Source: Lepidodermella squamata (taxonomy: Eukaryota; Animalia; Gastrotricha). From it: a DNA stretch of 64,000 bases. The translations under genes and the position numbers were made by a program. The notes under the pieces were generated by a model. That model saw nothing but the letters and a program-made list of their open reading frames with translations. It ran no database searches and had not been told where the DNA came from. The DNA lies in the NCBI GenBank assembly GCA_047495785.1, contig JBLDXI010000033.1, positions 1,178,001 through 1,242,000 on the forward strand. Reading direction: 5' to 3'. Shown here in pieces: positions 48,577 to 61,664 of this stretch. The first letter of the stretch is position 1. Each line of letters opens with the position of its first letter.

Positions 48577-49394
48577 ATAACTGAATCTGATTATTTAAGG
48601 TGGTTTCGATAGGTAGTAGCGCAAATCGCAACAAAAAAGGCGGTGGAGTTCGGCCGTTTGTTATGTGCTTTATCCGCCTGGTTACAGAATACACTGTGTT
48701 GTAAATAAAGTGATGATGTAAATTTTATAGAAAAGTGAGTTATAGACACGCACGCGAGTTGTGTGAAGAGGTGTGGAGAGGGAGGCCACCCGAGGCGAGG
48801 CAGCGTAATCGGCGTCACCTGTGCTAGGCGCGCACAGCCATTTCCGGTCCGCTGAAAGACACGTGAACTGCTTAAAACAGATTAAAACAATAGAGAAGAG
48901 GCGGTCTTTCTTCATCAAACTCAGCTACATTTCTGATTTCTTCGCGGTGTAATAAGACAAATGGCGTTGGAAAGATTTTCACCTCAGAATGGATCTTTTC
49001 ATAAAAAAAACATCTCTCGCTCCTGCCACTCACTCATTCTAGGCTTTGAACCACCGATTTGAAGAGAAACTGTAGCGGCACTGATCATTCGAAAACGGTC
49101 CTATAATAAACAAATAATGAATCTAATAATCAAACAAAATCCAAGGTTCAACAATAGTTGTGAGCTGTGATACTAGCTGGAATGACCGTTGTAGTGACGT
49201 AATAATTTTTGTTTATCCTGGTCTATCATCAACAAGAAAATTAAATGTGTTCTCAAAGTCCTCAAATTCACATTGGATCTTTATTTGGAGCTTTCCGAAT
49301 TAATTATGAAAAATCAGATTAATTCAACTATAACTATAACTAAAACAAGATTATTAATAACAATTATTGTCATATTCCTTGAATTCATGAAGAT

Positions 49395-50501
49395 TCAATT
49401 GAACTGAATGAGAACCTTCTCGTTCGCGAAGCCAGTAACAGAATGCTTGATAGCTTCTTTCCACTGGGCGACAGGAAATTTGCGAAATTTCGGCAGCTGC
49501 AGTCTTCCGCTCACGAATAGACCAATAATATCCGTGAGAACTTCATTAAACTCATTGCGCTTGTTGGCGATCCAACTAAAAATAATGTTCATTGATTGTG
49601 TTAGAAAAATTGAAACCAAACTAACGGATGTAGGCTGAAGCCGACTACGCGGATGTCGCGGAAAATTAGGTCTCCCTGGGACAGATAAACAGGCTGGCCG
49701 CTCAAGAAGCCGTAGTTGACCAGAGTTCCGCCATTAGCTAAAGCTGAAGCTAGGTGCAGGCTAGCTTCGCCACCAACACATTCAAAAGCTAACTTGGGCG
49801 CTGGGAGGCCGAGATTCAGCTTTGAAATGCCACCCTTCAACTGTTCGTCAGTGATGACAGCATCGGCCCCGAGTTCCTTCAATTCATCGACAAGCTCTTG
49901 CAAATTCGGCCGTTGTCGGACGACGTTTATAGTTTTGTAACCAGAGGCTCTGGCTAATTGGATGACGATTTTTCCAAGACCCGAATTAGCGCCGTTTTGA
50001 ATGATCACATCTCCGGCGTTCAGTGGGAAACAGTGCTTAACCATTCTTAAAAATTAAAAATTCTCAATTGAATCGCAAAATCCCACTCGATATTTCTTAC
50101 ACATAGGCAGTACACGGGTTAGCGATTAGAGTGGCAGCAGCTTCGGCCGGCAGATCTTTCGGCAACCTCAGGAGGTCTTTTTCTTGCGCGATTCCAGCCT
50201 GGCGCCAATTGCCCCACATCGGGGTTTGAACGATGGCCCGATCACCCGGTTGAAAGGCTCCGCTGGGTGACTGGACCACTTCGACTACGCCTTCAATACC
50301 AGGCGTTGCTGGCAGTTTTAACTTGCGCAGGAATCCACCAGACAACAGCATAGTGTCACCAGCATTGATTGGGGAGTACAAGACTTTGACTAGCGCCTCG
50401 CCAGCCTTCGGTTCCGACAGCGTTTCTTCTTCCAAGGACAGACCAGCGGTTAGATCTTTCGACGTACTGGATAGGACGAGTTTCTTCGTAACAGTTGACA
50501 T
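49395..50501 (-). CDS. Zn-independent MDR oxidoreductase, MECR/trans-2-enoyl-thioester reductase-like
   Basis: Exons 50501-50101, 50045-49626, 49575-49395; motifs SPIN, PATPGIEGV, AATLIANPCTAY, IIQNGANSGLG, KLAFECVGG, GTLVNYG, LIFRDI..GF. Confidence 0.88.
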
Positions 50502-52103
50502 GGCAAATGTGAAGTGTAAATTATTTGATAATTTCAATAGGATCCTAATATGTGAAATATTTCAAATTAACAATTTTACCATCAACCGTATTTTTAAATG
50601 CGGGCGATGGAGCTCTCAAGTGCTTTTTTTTTTATCATAAAAACCAGAAGTTCAGACATCACGTCGTCAAGGAAAAGCTCACAGGTAAAGCAACAAAGCC
50701 GATTCCTTCGGTACTTTTACGGTACTTTTATATTTCAAATCCCGAAATAAAAAACTCAGACCAAATTGGAGTTGTACCCAGGGAAACAAAATAATTTTTT
50801 GAAACGAGTCGACAATAAGGGAATACTCTATGGTTAGCCATAGGGTAATCAAATTCCCACATGCCCACAATCCTAAGCCACTTTTTGGGGTGTGAAAGGA
50901 TCTTACCCCAGTGAAAATAGCATGAAAAATTGAAATAAAAAGTCCACCTTAATCGTTTGCCATAGAAAAACATGTATGCAAAATTTACCCATGGGCATGT
51001 GGAAATAGTCTCTATTCCTCCAAGGGGAATAATGATAGCCCGATTGATACTCTACAAGGTATCAGCGACTCGTGTCCCAAAGATAGGCGCCGCTCATACA
51101 AAAATCATGCCTTGAAACCCCTATTTTGACGTAGTCATGACTGGGAGTCATGTAGTGTTATAATAATAATATAATATAGCATGAGTGCTAATCAGGACGA
51201 AAATGTCGAGGATAAGTTGCGGTGGTTCTTGCTGTTTTCCCTGTTAAAACCTCCGTCCTAACGTCTTCTTCTATTTGACTACAAAAAGCTATGGCGCAAA
51301 CATGGATTTTTCGAGATAAGAGCGACTGAAAACCCCAAATTTTCACTTTTTCCTCGATTTGCAAGCCGGGAGGGAAACGACTGATAAGCCGTGGATAACC
51401 ATGTTTTTTATTTTTTATATTTTTTATATTTTTTCTGATTGTTGCTTGAAACATTTTAGAGAAACCGGTGAATTTTCGATAAATTTATCAATTTTCCGCA
51501 CGGTATAGAAATAGGGATCTAATTAAACCGGCAGGTGAAATGAAATTAATAAATTGAGAATTGAGAATTCGATACTCAGAACTCATCACCAAATTGTAAC
51601 TGTGCTGAATTGACCGAATTAAAGCAAGTTTATTTTCCGTCCACCTTTGGCGTAAATCAAATGATAGTGATTGAATATAACGAGGCTGATTTCGTTTTTA
51701 AGTCATAATTATGATATCGCTCTACCATCAAATCCTACGACTAAAAATAGAGACTGATTTCTTTTATTTAATATGATTTTTTTGAATTAAAGAGAATTCA
51801 GCTCCGTTAACCTATTGACGTAGGAGAGCAGCAGCTCCAGGGCAATGAGCTCAAACCTGAATTTCCCGGGATTTTTTTTGAGACAATTGCAAACTCTTCT
51901 ATATATATCTATATTTCTATCATCAAACTTAGCAACATTATATGCAGTGTTATAAGACGAGTGCTGTTGAAAAGATTTCAAAAACATAATTTTTTTGCAA
52001 TTTATTTTACAAAAATAATAGAGAAACCGGTGAATTTTTGATATTATTGCTCAGGTTGATAGTGTTGCGGCAAACTGCGTCAGATTAAATACATTTCATA
52101 ATA

Positions 52104-52781
52104 CCTTGGTGTGGGGTAACTTGGCCGGAAATATGGTTTTTTGAACCTCTTACGTCTCCGGTAACTTGTTTCGCTTGAACTTTTATACCGAAAAAATCTC
52201 CGTTCAATTCTCAATCGATTGGTCAAGACCCGGTCGACGGCCGATAAAATCAATCGATTCTGTGGAGGTTGAAGTGATCTTGACCAAGTGAGGTAATTTG
52301 GCCGGAGCGTGGGGTAACCTGGCCGCATGGCTATTTCACTTGGCGATGAACCATCTGGCAGAAACTAGGGCGATGATTCATCACGCCCTCTCATGTCTAG
52401 GCCAAATTGTAGTGCGCATTTCGCACGTTAAAAATCGGCCAAGTTACCCCATAAAATTCAGGTAATTACCGCTCGCGATTGCGACATCAGAGTTTTCTGA
52501 GTTCAAGGTGTCATTTGAAAGATATCACCGAGAGGAATCGTTCTGGGAAATCGGCGTCTTCCTCCGATCCCAGAATTCCTTGTTATAAATGATCAAAATC
52601 TCAGCGCTTGAAATGAACAAGTTGGTACTGACCTTCCTAGTCATTTAAAAACCGATTTTCGAATTCGGTAAAAAGGGAGTTGTAGCTCAGGTGGCAAGGA
52701 ATGTTCCTATGAAAGAAAATTCGTGAAAAAGGTTTTTCTCGATGTGTTATCGTTTTACGGCCAAGTTACCCCGCGCCACGG
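52104..52781. mobile_element. TA-flanked MITE (Tc1/mariner-pogo type), 678 bp
   Basis: TA|CCTTGGTGTGGGGTAACTTGGCCG ... CGGCCAAGTTACCCCGCGCCACGG|TA; internal copies of GGTAAYYTGGCCG at ~52292, ~52313 and ~52436 (inverted). Confidence 0.85.
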
Positions 52782-53366
52782 TAATTTCAATTTTGAATTG
52801 AGGATCCGACAATCATTCGCAGAAGAATATACCTAACAGAACTTGTCACCAATTTATTTTACGTCCACCTTTTCGGCGCAAATCAAATGGTGCAAATAAT
52901 GAGCGCAAATCTGATTTTTAAATTTCCCGAGGATTTTTCTGGGACCTTTTTGAACTCTATATGCCAAGGAATGCCTCGTGATAAAGGTTTTATTTTTATT
53001 TTTTTGACGGCTGAATCATATTTTTTATCTAGCCGTGATTCATTTATCCGGAAAAATTAAACAATCGAACTTTTGGCTCTGAACTTTGGCCTGATTTTCT
53101 GAACAGCAGTGATAGCAAAATCTGAAATGACCCCTCAACAAGGTCAAATAAACTAATTTTTGCTTATCGAGTTGACGAGACCGCGCTGCTGACTTACCCA
53201 ACACAAATAAAAACAAGCGATAAGGCGGCCATAAAAATTTTCACTTTATCAGCAATTAACTTAAATTACACGTGAACGTCGGCATATATAAAAATGTCTC
53301 AAAGGGCAAACAATTTGCTAAACAAAATTCATAATAAAACAGCCTAATCTTTAACCTTGAAGAGAA

Positions 53367-56300
53367 ATGACGCAATATTCAACTGCAGGCAGTGAATCCA
53401 ACGTCAAACCTTCTATCTTCATCAGCTATCGATGGAACGAAGCAAAGACAGATGTTTGGAAATTTGCGGACGATTTGAAATCTTCAGATCGATTCTTGAT
53501 TTGGCTCGATAAGGAGGAGATGTACGCAAATAAATTGGAAAGAATGGAAGAGGTAATAAAAATGTGACAATTACCGGATAATTAGCTCAAATCTGCTTAT
53601 AATTTATAGGGTATCCGAGCGGCATGTGTTGTCATTATTTTCTTCAACGACGATTATCAGAAATCAATCGATTGCAGGACCGAGGCTGAAGCGGCGTATC
53701 GGCACAACAAAAAGAAATTATTCGTGAAAATGCAAAAAGCCCCACTTGGAAAGTTTCAAAACTGGTTCGCACCGATCATCGGCAACAACATATACATCGA
53801 TTATTACGCCCTTGAAAATCCATTCGAAGAAATTCTAAAGCACATCGATAAATTACGGCAAGAAGATTCGACTCATTCTAACGAGGAACGGGTTGAAAGG
53901 TTCGGCGATGTTCCATCGGTTGGGAATTATACCGAGAGGCCTGATGTTGAACTTGAACTTCAAGATTCAGTAGCTAATTTGTGTCAGTCGAGAGACCCGG
54001 GTGCTGTTTTGGTAATAGGCGAAGGTGGTATTGGAAAAACGACAATGGTCGCTAAAGCCGTAGCGGCAAATGACGAATTTCTGCGCGAAAACGGCGTCGG
54101 AGTCGTAATTTGGGTCAATGTCTATCAATTATCGCATTCGATTCAAACTTCGGAGAGTCGAAGTTTTGATGTTAATAAAATTTTCTACTCATCAATCGCC
54201 GAGCGGCTAAATGTCAAACACAGCTCCGACGACGCGTTATTTCGACTTCAGGACCATTTAAAGGTCATAAATAATAAGCAGAAATTAGTGCTTATTGTCC
54301 TCGACGATTTGTTCCACGAGAAAATTTTCCAGAGCGCGTTTCGACTCGGCGATTTTGTGCGATGTATAGCTATTTCACGATTTCGAAACGTCATCGACGC
54401 CAGCAGTGATCGATTCATCAGCAATGTCGTCCAGGTTGAAAAATTGCCGTGTGACAGCATTATTGCAATGTTCAATTCTTGCCGACAAACGTTGGACGAT
54501 GAAAAAATTTCGCGACTTGCTACCCTATGCGCCGGGTTGCCGCTAATGGCTTGCGTGTTACGGGCTAAATTACGCCGCTGTTCGACAAAACGGCAAGCTG
54601 AGGCTGTTTTAAACAAGATTTTCGCGACTTCATACTGCACGTTGGCGAGTGAGAAGTGGGGCGATGAAGATAAGAATCAGGACACGATTTCCGAGCTACT
54701 TTTAAGTGGCTTCGAGAGCGAACCTGATCATGTAAGAAAACGTTATTATTCCTTCTTGGTATTCGACGAAGGTACGGCGGTTGAGCTAGAGGATTTAGCC
54801 ATTTTATGGCGATGTGATTTGGACGAAGCGATTGAATTGGCGCAGGAATTTTGCAATTTATCCCTCGTTCGGGCGAATAGTATCAGCGGCTCTGAAAACG
54901 AAACCTACACTGTCCATGCCTATCTTTACGCTGCAGCTTACGATTTCGCTGTGAATAAGGACCATTTAGCTGAGGACAAGGTGAAACTTCGCGAAATATT
55001 GCTCCAAGAAGCGGAAAATGAGGACTGCGAAAATGTCTTACATCTAGCAGTAAGAGGGCACCGAAACGCCCTGGCCGAGGCTATTATGAAGAGTTTCAAA
55101 TCAAATCAAGATTTTATGTTCAAAATCAGCTCCCAGCAGACGATTTCTTCCGGCGAGACTCCCTTGCATTACCTGTTTGACGAAGAATGGCTCCGATGTG
55201 GCGGTAGTGAGCATGAAACAAGCTACTGCCTCGACATAGCCTGCGAGATACTCGACAGGCTGATTCTTGCCAATAAAGAAATCGGAGCTATTTTGAATCT
55301 GCTGATCGAAAAATCTATGCAGCCAGATACGAAATGGTACAACAACCCTTTTTTGACAACGGTTGTCAACGAGAATTTCGCTGCCATGAATTTGCTGCTT
55401 GACAACGGCGTCGATGTGAACATAGCCGATGATTTAGGAAATACAGCCCTAATCAGGGCTGCCATACAATGGCGATGGATGTCGATTGGGCAACTTAGCA
55501 AACGGCCGAATATCGTCGATTTTCCGAACAAAAAAGGCCAGACTGCATTGATGGTTGCTGCTCGAAGTGGCGAGGATGACATAGTTAAAATGTTGCTCGA
55601 AGATTACCCGCCAGAGTCTATTGACATCAACGCGGTTGACAATGACGGCAACACGGCTTTGATCCTCGCGTCGAAGCACAATCACAACAATATTCTTAAA
55701 ACGCTGATCGAAAAGGGCGCTGATGTTTCGGTTCGGAACAAACACGACGAAAGTGCGTTATGTCAGGCTATTTTTCATGGAAACATTGAAGGAGCGAAGT
55801 TACTGCGAGATGGTGGTGGCATTTTGGACTACGGCGAGAAGCAAGCACTGACAGTAATGGCTCGATTCCGAAAGCGAACGATTATGGAAGAGTTTTTAAC
55901 TCAAGAGTTGTCTCGGAACTCTATTGATTACGATCGGGGTTGTTTCTTTACCCTATTCCGATCAATCGGCATTTGGACGAGTGAAGATATCGACTGTGCT
56001 GAAATGGCCGGCGATCGCCATGAATTCCTTACGGCAATCTACAACCATTCGGACGACGAATCAGCAAAGTTTATATCTCGGATCAGAAACGGAGAAATCG
56101 ACTTCTCGCCGTACGACCTATGGCTTGCTTTAGTTTTGGCAGCATTCACTGGCTCTTACGACGTTGTTGAAGGTCTAATGGGCACGAAAGTTGACGTAAA
56201 TGCAAGGAGCACTCGCGGCAAATGGACGGCTACAATGTACGCTTGTTGTAATGCACACATTTCAATAGCGAAACTGTTGATTGAAAACGGAGCCGACGTC

Positions 56301-57072
56301 ACGTTGGCGTCGATTCCCGACAGCTGGACTGCCATGCATTGCGCGGCTAAAAATGGCATTGAAGAAGTGGTTGAATTCTTACTCAGCACTGAATCCGCTG
56401 AGGCTTTAATGAAAATGCGAACTTCTAATGACGAAACGCCTTTATACATTGCGTCTGAATGCGGTCATTCAAAGGTTGTTAAACTTCTGGCTGATAATAA
56501 GGCCGATGTTAACGCTAAACGGCGAGATGGCTGGACTTCCCTTTGCGTAGCGGCGATGAATGGACATGATGAAGTTGCGAAGATTCTCCTGGAAGCTGGA
56601 GCTGAGGTCGATGTGAAACAAAAAGATAACGCGACTCCCTTAATGTTTGCGGCAAACCAGGTAGGAAAAACTGTCTGACCCGTCTACTTGCTTTTAATCT
56701 TTCACTTTATAGGGCCATCTTGAAATCGTGAGTTTACTTCTCGAAGCTGGTGCTAATGTCAACGAAGTTCAACGCGACCAATTTTCGGCCTTAATGCTAG
56801 CCTGCCGAAGCGGCCATGATAGTGTTGCGAAGTTACTTATCAGCCATAACGCTGACGTCAACATCCGGAACAAAACGGATGGCACGGCTTTGCACATGGC
56901 TGCGTATCACGGCTTTCCCAATCTTGTTAGGATTCTTCTCGCTGCTAAAGCCGACGCTTCGATTCGAAATAAAACAGGCGACACTGCGATGGATATCGCT
57001 AGGTCGAAGGGATACGATGATGTTGTGAAAATTTTGAAAAATGTTAGAATGCCGTCGTTGACTACGCAATAA
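53367..57072 (+). CDS. TIR - NB-ARC (STAND NTPase) - ankyrin-repeat NLR-like protein (1198 aa)
   Basis: Exons 53367-53552, 53610-56660, 56713-57072. TIR: IFISYRW, IWLDKEEM, GIRAACVVIIFFNDDYQKSIDCRTE. NB-ARC: Walker A GEGGIGKT, Walker B LIVLDD, CAGLPL, ILW, TVHA. About 16 ankyrin repeats (e.g. GNTALILAS, DETPLYIAS, GWTSLCVAA). Confidence 0.92.
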
Positions 57073-57544
57073 ATTTCGAGATTTGGCCTTTTCATGTTGT
57101 TTTTTTAACCCAAATTTTAGTTTTATGGCTTTACTCCACGTTATGCTAATTGTGTTAAGATGTTATGCTTAATGTCATACGGCTTATTTTCTCCAGGTAT
57201 AGCTTAAGAAAAGGATAAGCTGAAGAAATTCAGGTTTGTGGTTGCACTTTCTGAAAAACACTGAGGAACGTGAACCACAGTGATGCTTAATCTCCAAGCC
57301 TGAAAAACTGCTTCCCACAATGCGATATTTACTTACGTTTACTCATCATGTGATGCACGCATCATGAATCACCTGGCGTAGTTAATCCTTCTTGTTAATG
57401 ACTATCATCTAGGCGTAGGTGGACGATTCGCGTAGTTTGGTGGGCTGACACCCGTGAAAAAAACGCTTGCACCGAGGCGTCTCATTAACTATCACTTGCC
57501 AAACAATTAACTCGCGTATTTTGCTTTTTTGTTTCTCTGTAAGA

Positions 57545-58662
57545 ATGTTGACTCAGATTTTCGTTACCGCTTTAACTGTTGCATTGTGCTTCGCTAATCC
57601 GAAAGAGGACATTGATGATGCTATGAGAGATGAGAGCTTGTTTTATGAGGATGTAAGTTGGAAATTCGCGGATATGACTGAATTTATCAAATTCTAATTA
57701 GGCCACTACAACAACGACAACTAGACGACCTGCGAGTTGGAATTTTCTGGAGCTGAACGATGGCTGTTTCCTACCAGAAGCTTCCCAGCCAGGAGACAAA
57801 CAATGCCTTCCTAATGCGAAATGCGTGCTTGCTTCTTCCGCTTGTAAAAATGACGAATTCAACTCTTTGGGTGGAATCATCGGCTATGGCAAATGCGTTT
57901 GTAACGATGGATATACTGAAGATTCGAAAGGAGACTGCAAAATTGGTTAGAAAAATGCCACGAAATTGCCAGGATTACTTCATTTTAACATTTCATAGGC
58001 GTCAAATTGGGACAATCTTGCGCCTCACCTAACAGCACCTGCATTACTGATAAAGCAAGCTGTCGGGGCGGGGTTTGTACCTGCAATCAAGGTTACAAAA
58101 CTGGCCCGAGTGATGGTATTAAGCGTATTTTAATATTTTAATCATCAATCCATAATTTAATTTTTCAGATTGCATTCTGACGATTGAAACGGCAGACTAC
58201 AACGAATTTTGCTACCATTCGGACCAGTGCTACTACGGCATGATATGCAACAATCGGAAATGTAGCTGCCCACCTGGTTACATTGTGGGCAATAATTCGA
58301 AATGCATCGAAAGTGAGTCCTCTCCTTCGACTTTCAATATGTCAATTTCATGATGTTTTTCTTCAGAGAAACTCGGAGATTACTGCAGAAATGACGCGGA
58401 TTGTTCAACTGTAGCAAACACTAGATGCTCCTCCAGCCGCTGTCAATGTGCCCAAGGCTTCCGAATGGAGAGCATAGTCGCAGATTTGAGCGGTAGTCTA
58501 AAACAAGTTTGCATTTCTCAAACTGATAAACTACTCGGATCGGGTGCACCCTGTGACCCTACTTCAGCTATCGGCACCAAAGGTACAAAGCTGTGTGCTG
58601 CCCCTTTGGTTTGCACCAGTTGCAGTTCTGATATATCTGTGTGCACCATAAAGAACCAGTGA
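57545..58662 (+). CDS. Secreted cysteine-rich protein with EB/EGF-like modules
   Basis: Exons 57545-57652, 57702-57945, 57999-58116, 58169-58312, 58367-58662; signal peptide MLTQIFVTALTVALCFA; repeated CxCxxG(Y/F) (CVCNDGY, CTCNQGY, CSCPPGY, CQCAQGF). Confidence 0.82.
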
Positions 58663-58906
58663 AATTTTCCTTTAAAAAAATAATCTATGCCTAGAAATTC
58701 ATGAGTTGTAACTCAACTTTCTCAAACCGAGTGATATTGGAGAAAATGAACAGATTTTTTTAAAATTAAATTCCGGAAATTAGAAACTTGGCGTTACATC
58801 CTTTTGACATGAATCTATACTTGAGTTATCTAAAAGCGATAGCGAAGATTTATTTCCAGAATTATCAGAAAGCGCATAATTGTGCCTAAGAAGCGTCATC
58901 AGAGTA

Positions 58907-59303
58907 TCAGAGGTAGTCTTTTCTCCCAGCGTTGAAGTAAGCTGTGCTTCCAAACATCAAAACGGCGTTGCAAAAGAATGGGCTTTCGACGTCGCTGCAT
59001 TGCTTCGATGGGGCCGTGGCGGATTTGAGACATTTACAGAATATTTGATCACACTTTTCCTTTCCCGCTTGCCTTGCGTAGCAGTCGTCATGCTCGATGC
59101 AGCAAGCATTTATTGGACCTTGAATGGACCCCATAACAACAGTTTTAAGGTAAGTTTGGAGGTTTACCTTTTAATTTGGGGCAGTCTTTATCTACCATCT
59201 GTTCAGCAGTTTTACGCGTCATGTCATCGGAACCACACTCGAACCGGCAATTAACAGCGGGTAAAAGAAAAACAGAACATATTACGATGAATCGACAAAA
59301 CAT
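58907..59303 (-). CDS. Secreted phospholipase A2-like protein, copy A
   Basis: Exons 59303-59168 and 59118-58907; signal peptide, FECGS, CCIEHDDCY, CDQIFCKCL. Confidence 0.85.
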
Positions 59304-59605
59304 CGTGCATAAAACTCCAAGCGATGATTCTCGAAACTACATTAAAGCATCAGGATCGATATGTCGCTTGCGCTTACTGCAGCACGAAGGTGGTTTTTTA
59401 TGCTTTTACACACATCTCATGCGATGACGTGTCTAAAATCGATAAAAGGGAAGTTTCATATTAAAATATTTTAAGGCGGATCTTTTATTTTTTATGCAAC
59501 TCATCAGCTGGGAGCTTTTTATTTCAAGCAGACTCTGAACGATAGAATGATATAATTTCATACATTATGCGTCATGTTGGAAATAATGGACCCGATAACG
59601 ACCAG

Positions 59606-60080
59606 TTATTCTTCCTCTGTGGCATCTTCGTCACTGGCTTCGAAAGAAGGAGTGGAAATCGAAGTGCCATTGCTTGATTTCTTTGCCTCCTTTCCAGCGT
59701 CTTTGTAGGCCGAGCCGCCGAAAGTTTTCACCGCCTTGCACATGAAAGGAGAGTCGACGCTGTGGCACCAATCGGCCTTCTTCGTCGCAGTTTTGAGACA
59801 TTTGCAAAAAGTCTTATCGCAGTTGCTCTTGCCTTCCTGGTTGTCGTAGCACTCGTCGTGAGCTATGCAACACTTGTTTATCCTGTCTAATACAAAAAAG
59901 GGATGATTCATGGATGATAAATAAGAAATCTGCACTAATCCGGTTACCTTTCCTGCCCGAGCAGTGACTTTCGATCATAGCTCCAGCGAAAAATTCTTGG
60001 AATCGGCCACTACCGCACTTAAATTTGGCGTCACCCATATGCAAAGCCAGAACAACGCATAGAACGACTAAGGTCTTCAT
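59606..60080 (-). CDS. Secreted phospholipase A2-like protein, copy B
   Basis: Exons 60080-59948 and 59886-59606; MKTLVVLCVVLAL, FKCGSG, CCIAHDECY, acidic tail. Confidence 0.88.
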
Positions 60081-60435
60081 TTTAATTGAAAATTCAAATG
60101 GAAATGAAATGATGCAATGTTATAAACCAAGGCGTTTTACGGTATATGGGATTTGACGATGAGTTCACAAACTGTTTATTCAGGTGCCATAAAAGGAGGA
60201 AAACCAACTAAATATCAACACGTTATTAACATGGATTGGCAACTCTGTTCTCTAGGTGGGAAATTCGGATTTTTTTATGTAGCTCATTAATTATTATAGT
60301 GGGAGCTTTTATTTTGAATAGGGAACTGTGAAGGATAAAATGATAAAATGATATTCTTATTTCGACAATAAATAACACGATAAGGATAACAATTCATCTT
60401 CAAAGGATCATCGCCATTTCGGCATCAGCAGAAAT

Positions 60436-60847
60436 CTATCTGCTTGATTTCTTGGCATTCTTTCCAGCCTTTGCGTAGGCCGAGCCACCGAAAGTTTTCA
60501 CAGCCTTGCACATGAGAGGAGAGTCGACTATGTGGCACAAGTCCGCCTTCTTTGTGGCTGCGCTGAGACAGTCGCAGAAAGTGTCATCGCACTTGCTCTT
60601 GCCTCCCTGGTTGTCGTAGCAAGCATCGTGAGCTATGCAACAATTGTTTACGCTGTCTGATGCAAAAATTGATCTGTTATGGATAATCAGAAATGCCTCG
60701 GCACAAACGATTACCTTTCTTGCTCGAGCAGTGTTTTTCGATCAAAGCCCCGGCAAAGATTTCTTGGTAGCGGCCACTGCCGCACATGAATTTTGCGTCA
60801 ACGATGTGCATAGCCAAAACAACGCATAGAACGGCCAAGGTCTTCAT
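60436..60847 (-). CDS. Secreted phospholipase A2-like protein, copy C (no tail)
   Basis: Exons 60847-60715 and 60656-60436; exon 2 is absent from the ORF track and reads DSVNNCCIAHDACY...KKSSR*. Confidence 0.85.
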
Positions 60848-61198
60848 TTTAATTAAAAATTTCAAGGAGAATGAGCTGATAAAATGATAAGGCTCCATTA
60901 TGGGTTTTCACGAAGGGTTCCTAAGTGTATTCAGGTGCCCATGAATGGAAAGACGGCAATAACAAGCGGAATATTAACTTAATGTCAATATGGGCTGGGC
61001 AAAGGATTTTCTATACGGTTATTATCATTTATTCTTTAATTTTCACACGGGTGAAGGGTTGATCGTTTTATACTTGGCACTCCTGTTCTCTACTTTCTTC
61101 AAATTGGCTATTTTCTAGTCGACAGCTTGTTGAAAAAAGAAATTGGTCCCAATTCCACGAATTATTAATTAGTGGTCGCTTTTATTGGCCAAAATCCA

Positions 61199-61664
61199 TT
61201 AATTTTCGTCAGTGTCATCGTCATCAGTGACCTCGATAGCAGCAGCGGAAATCGAAGTACCGTTGGTTGACTTCTTGGCATTCTTTCCAGCACTTTCGTA
61301 AGCAGGGCCGCCAAATGTTTTCACGGCCTTGCACATGAAAGGCGAGTCGATCTTGTGGCAGAAGTCCGCTTTCTTTGTGGCTGCGCTGAGACAGTCGCAG
61401 AAAGTGTCATCGCACTTGCTCTTGCCTTCCTGGTTGTCGTAGCACGCATCGTGAGCAATGCAACATTTATTCACTCTGTCTGAAAGAAAAATCGAGATGA
61501 CATATGAAAAATGAAGGAAGTGAAACTGTACCTTTCCTACCAGAGCAATGATCCTCGATTGCTGCCCCAGCAAAGTATTCTTGGTAGCGGCCGCTGCCGC
61601 ACTTGAATTTCGCTTCAATGGCGTGCATAGCCAAAACAACGCATAGAACAGCTAAGGTCTTCAT
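61199..61664 (-). CDS. Secreted phospholipase A2-like protein, copy D
   Basis: Exons 61664-61532 and 61479-61199; CCIAHDACY, acidic tail DDDDTDEN. Confidence 0.88.
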
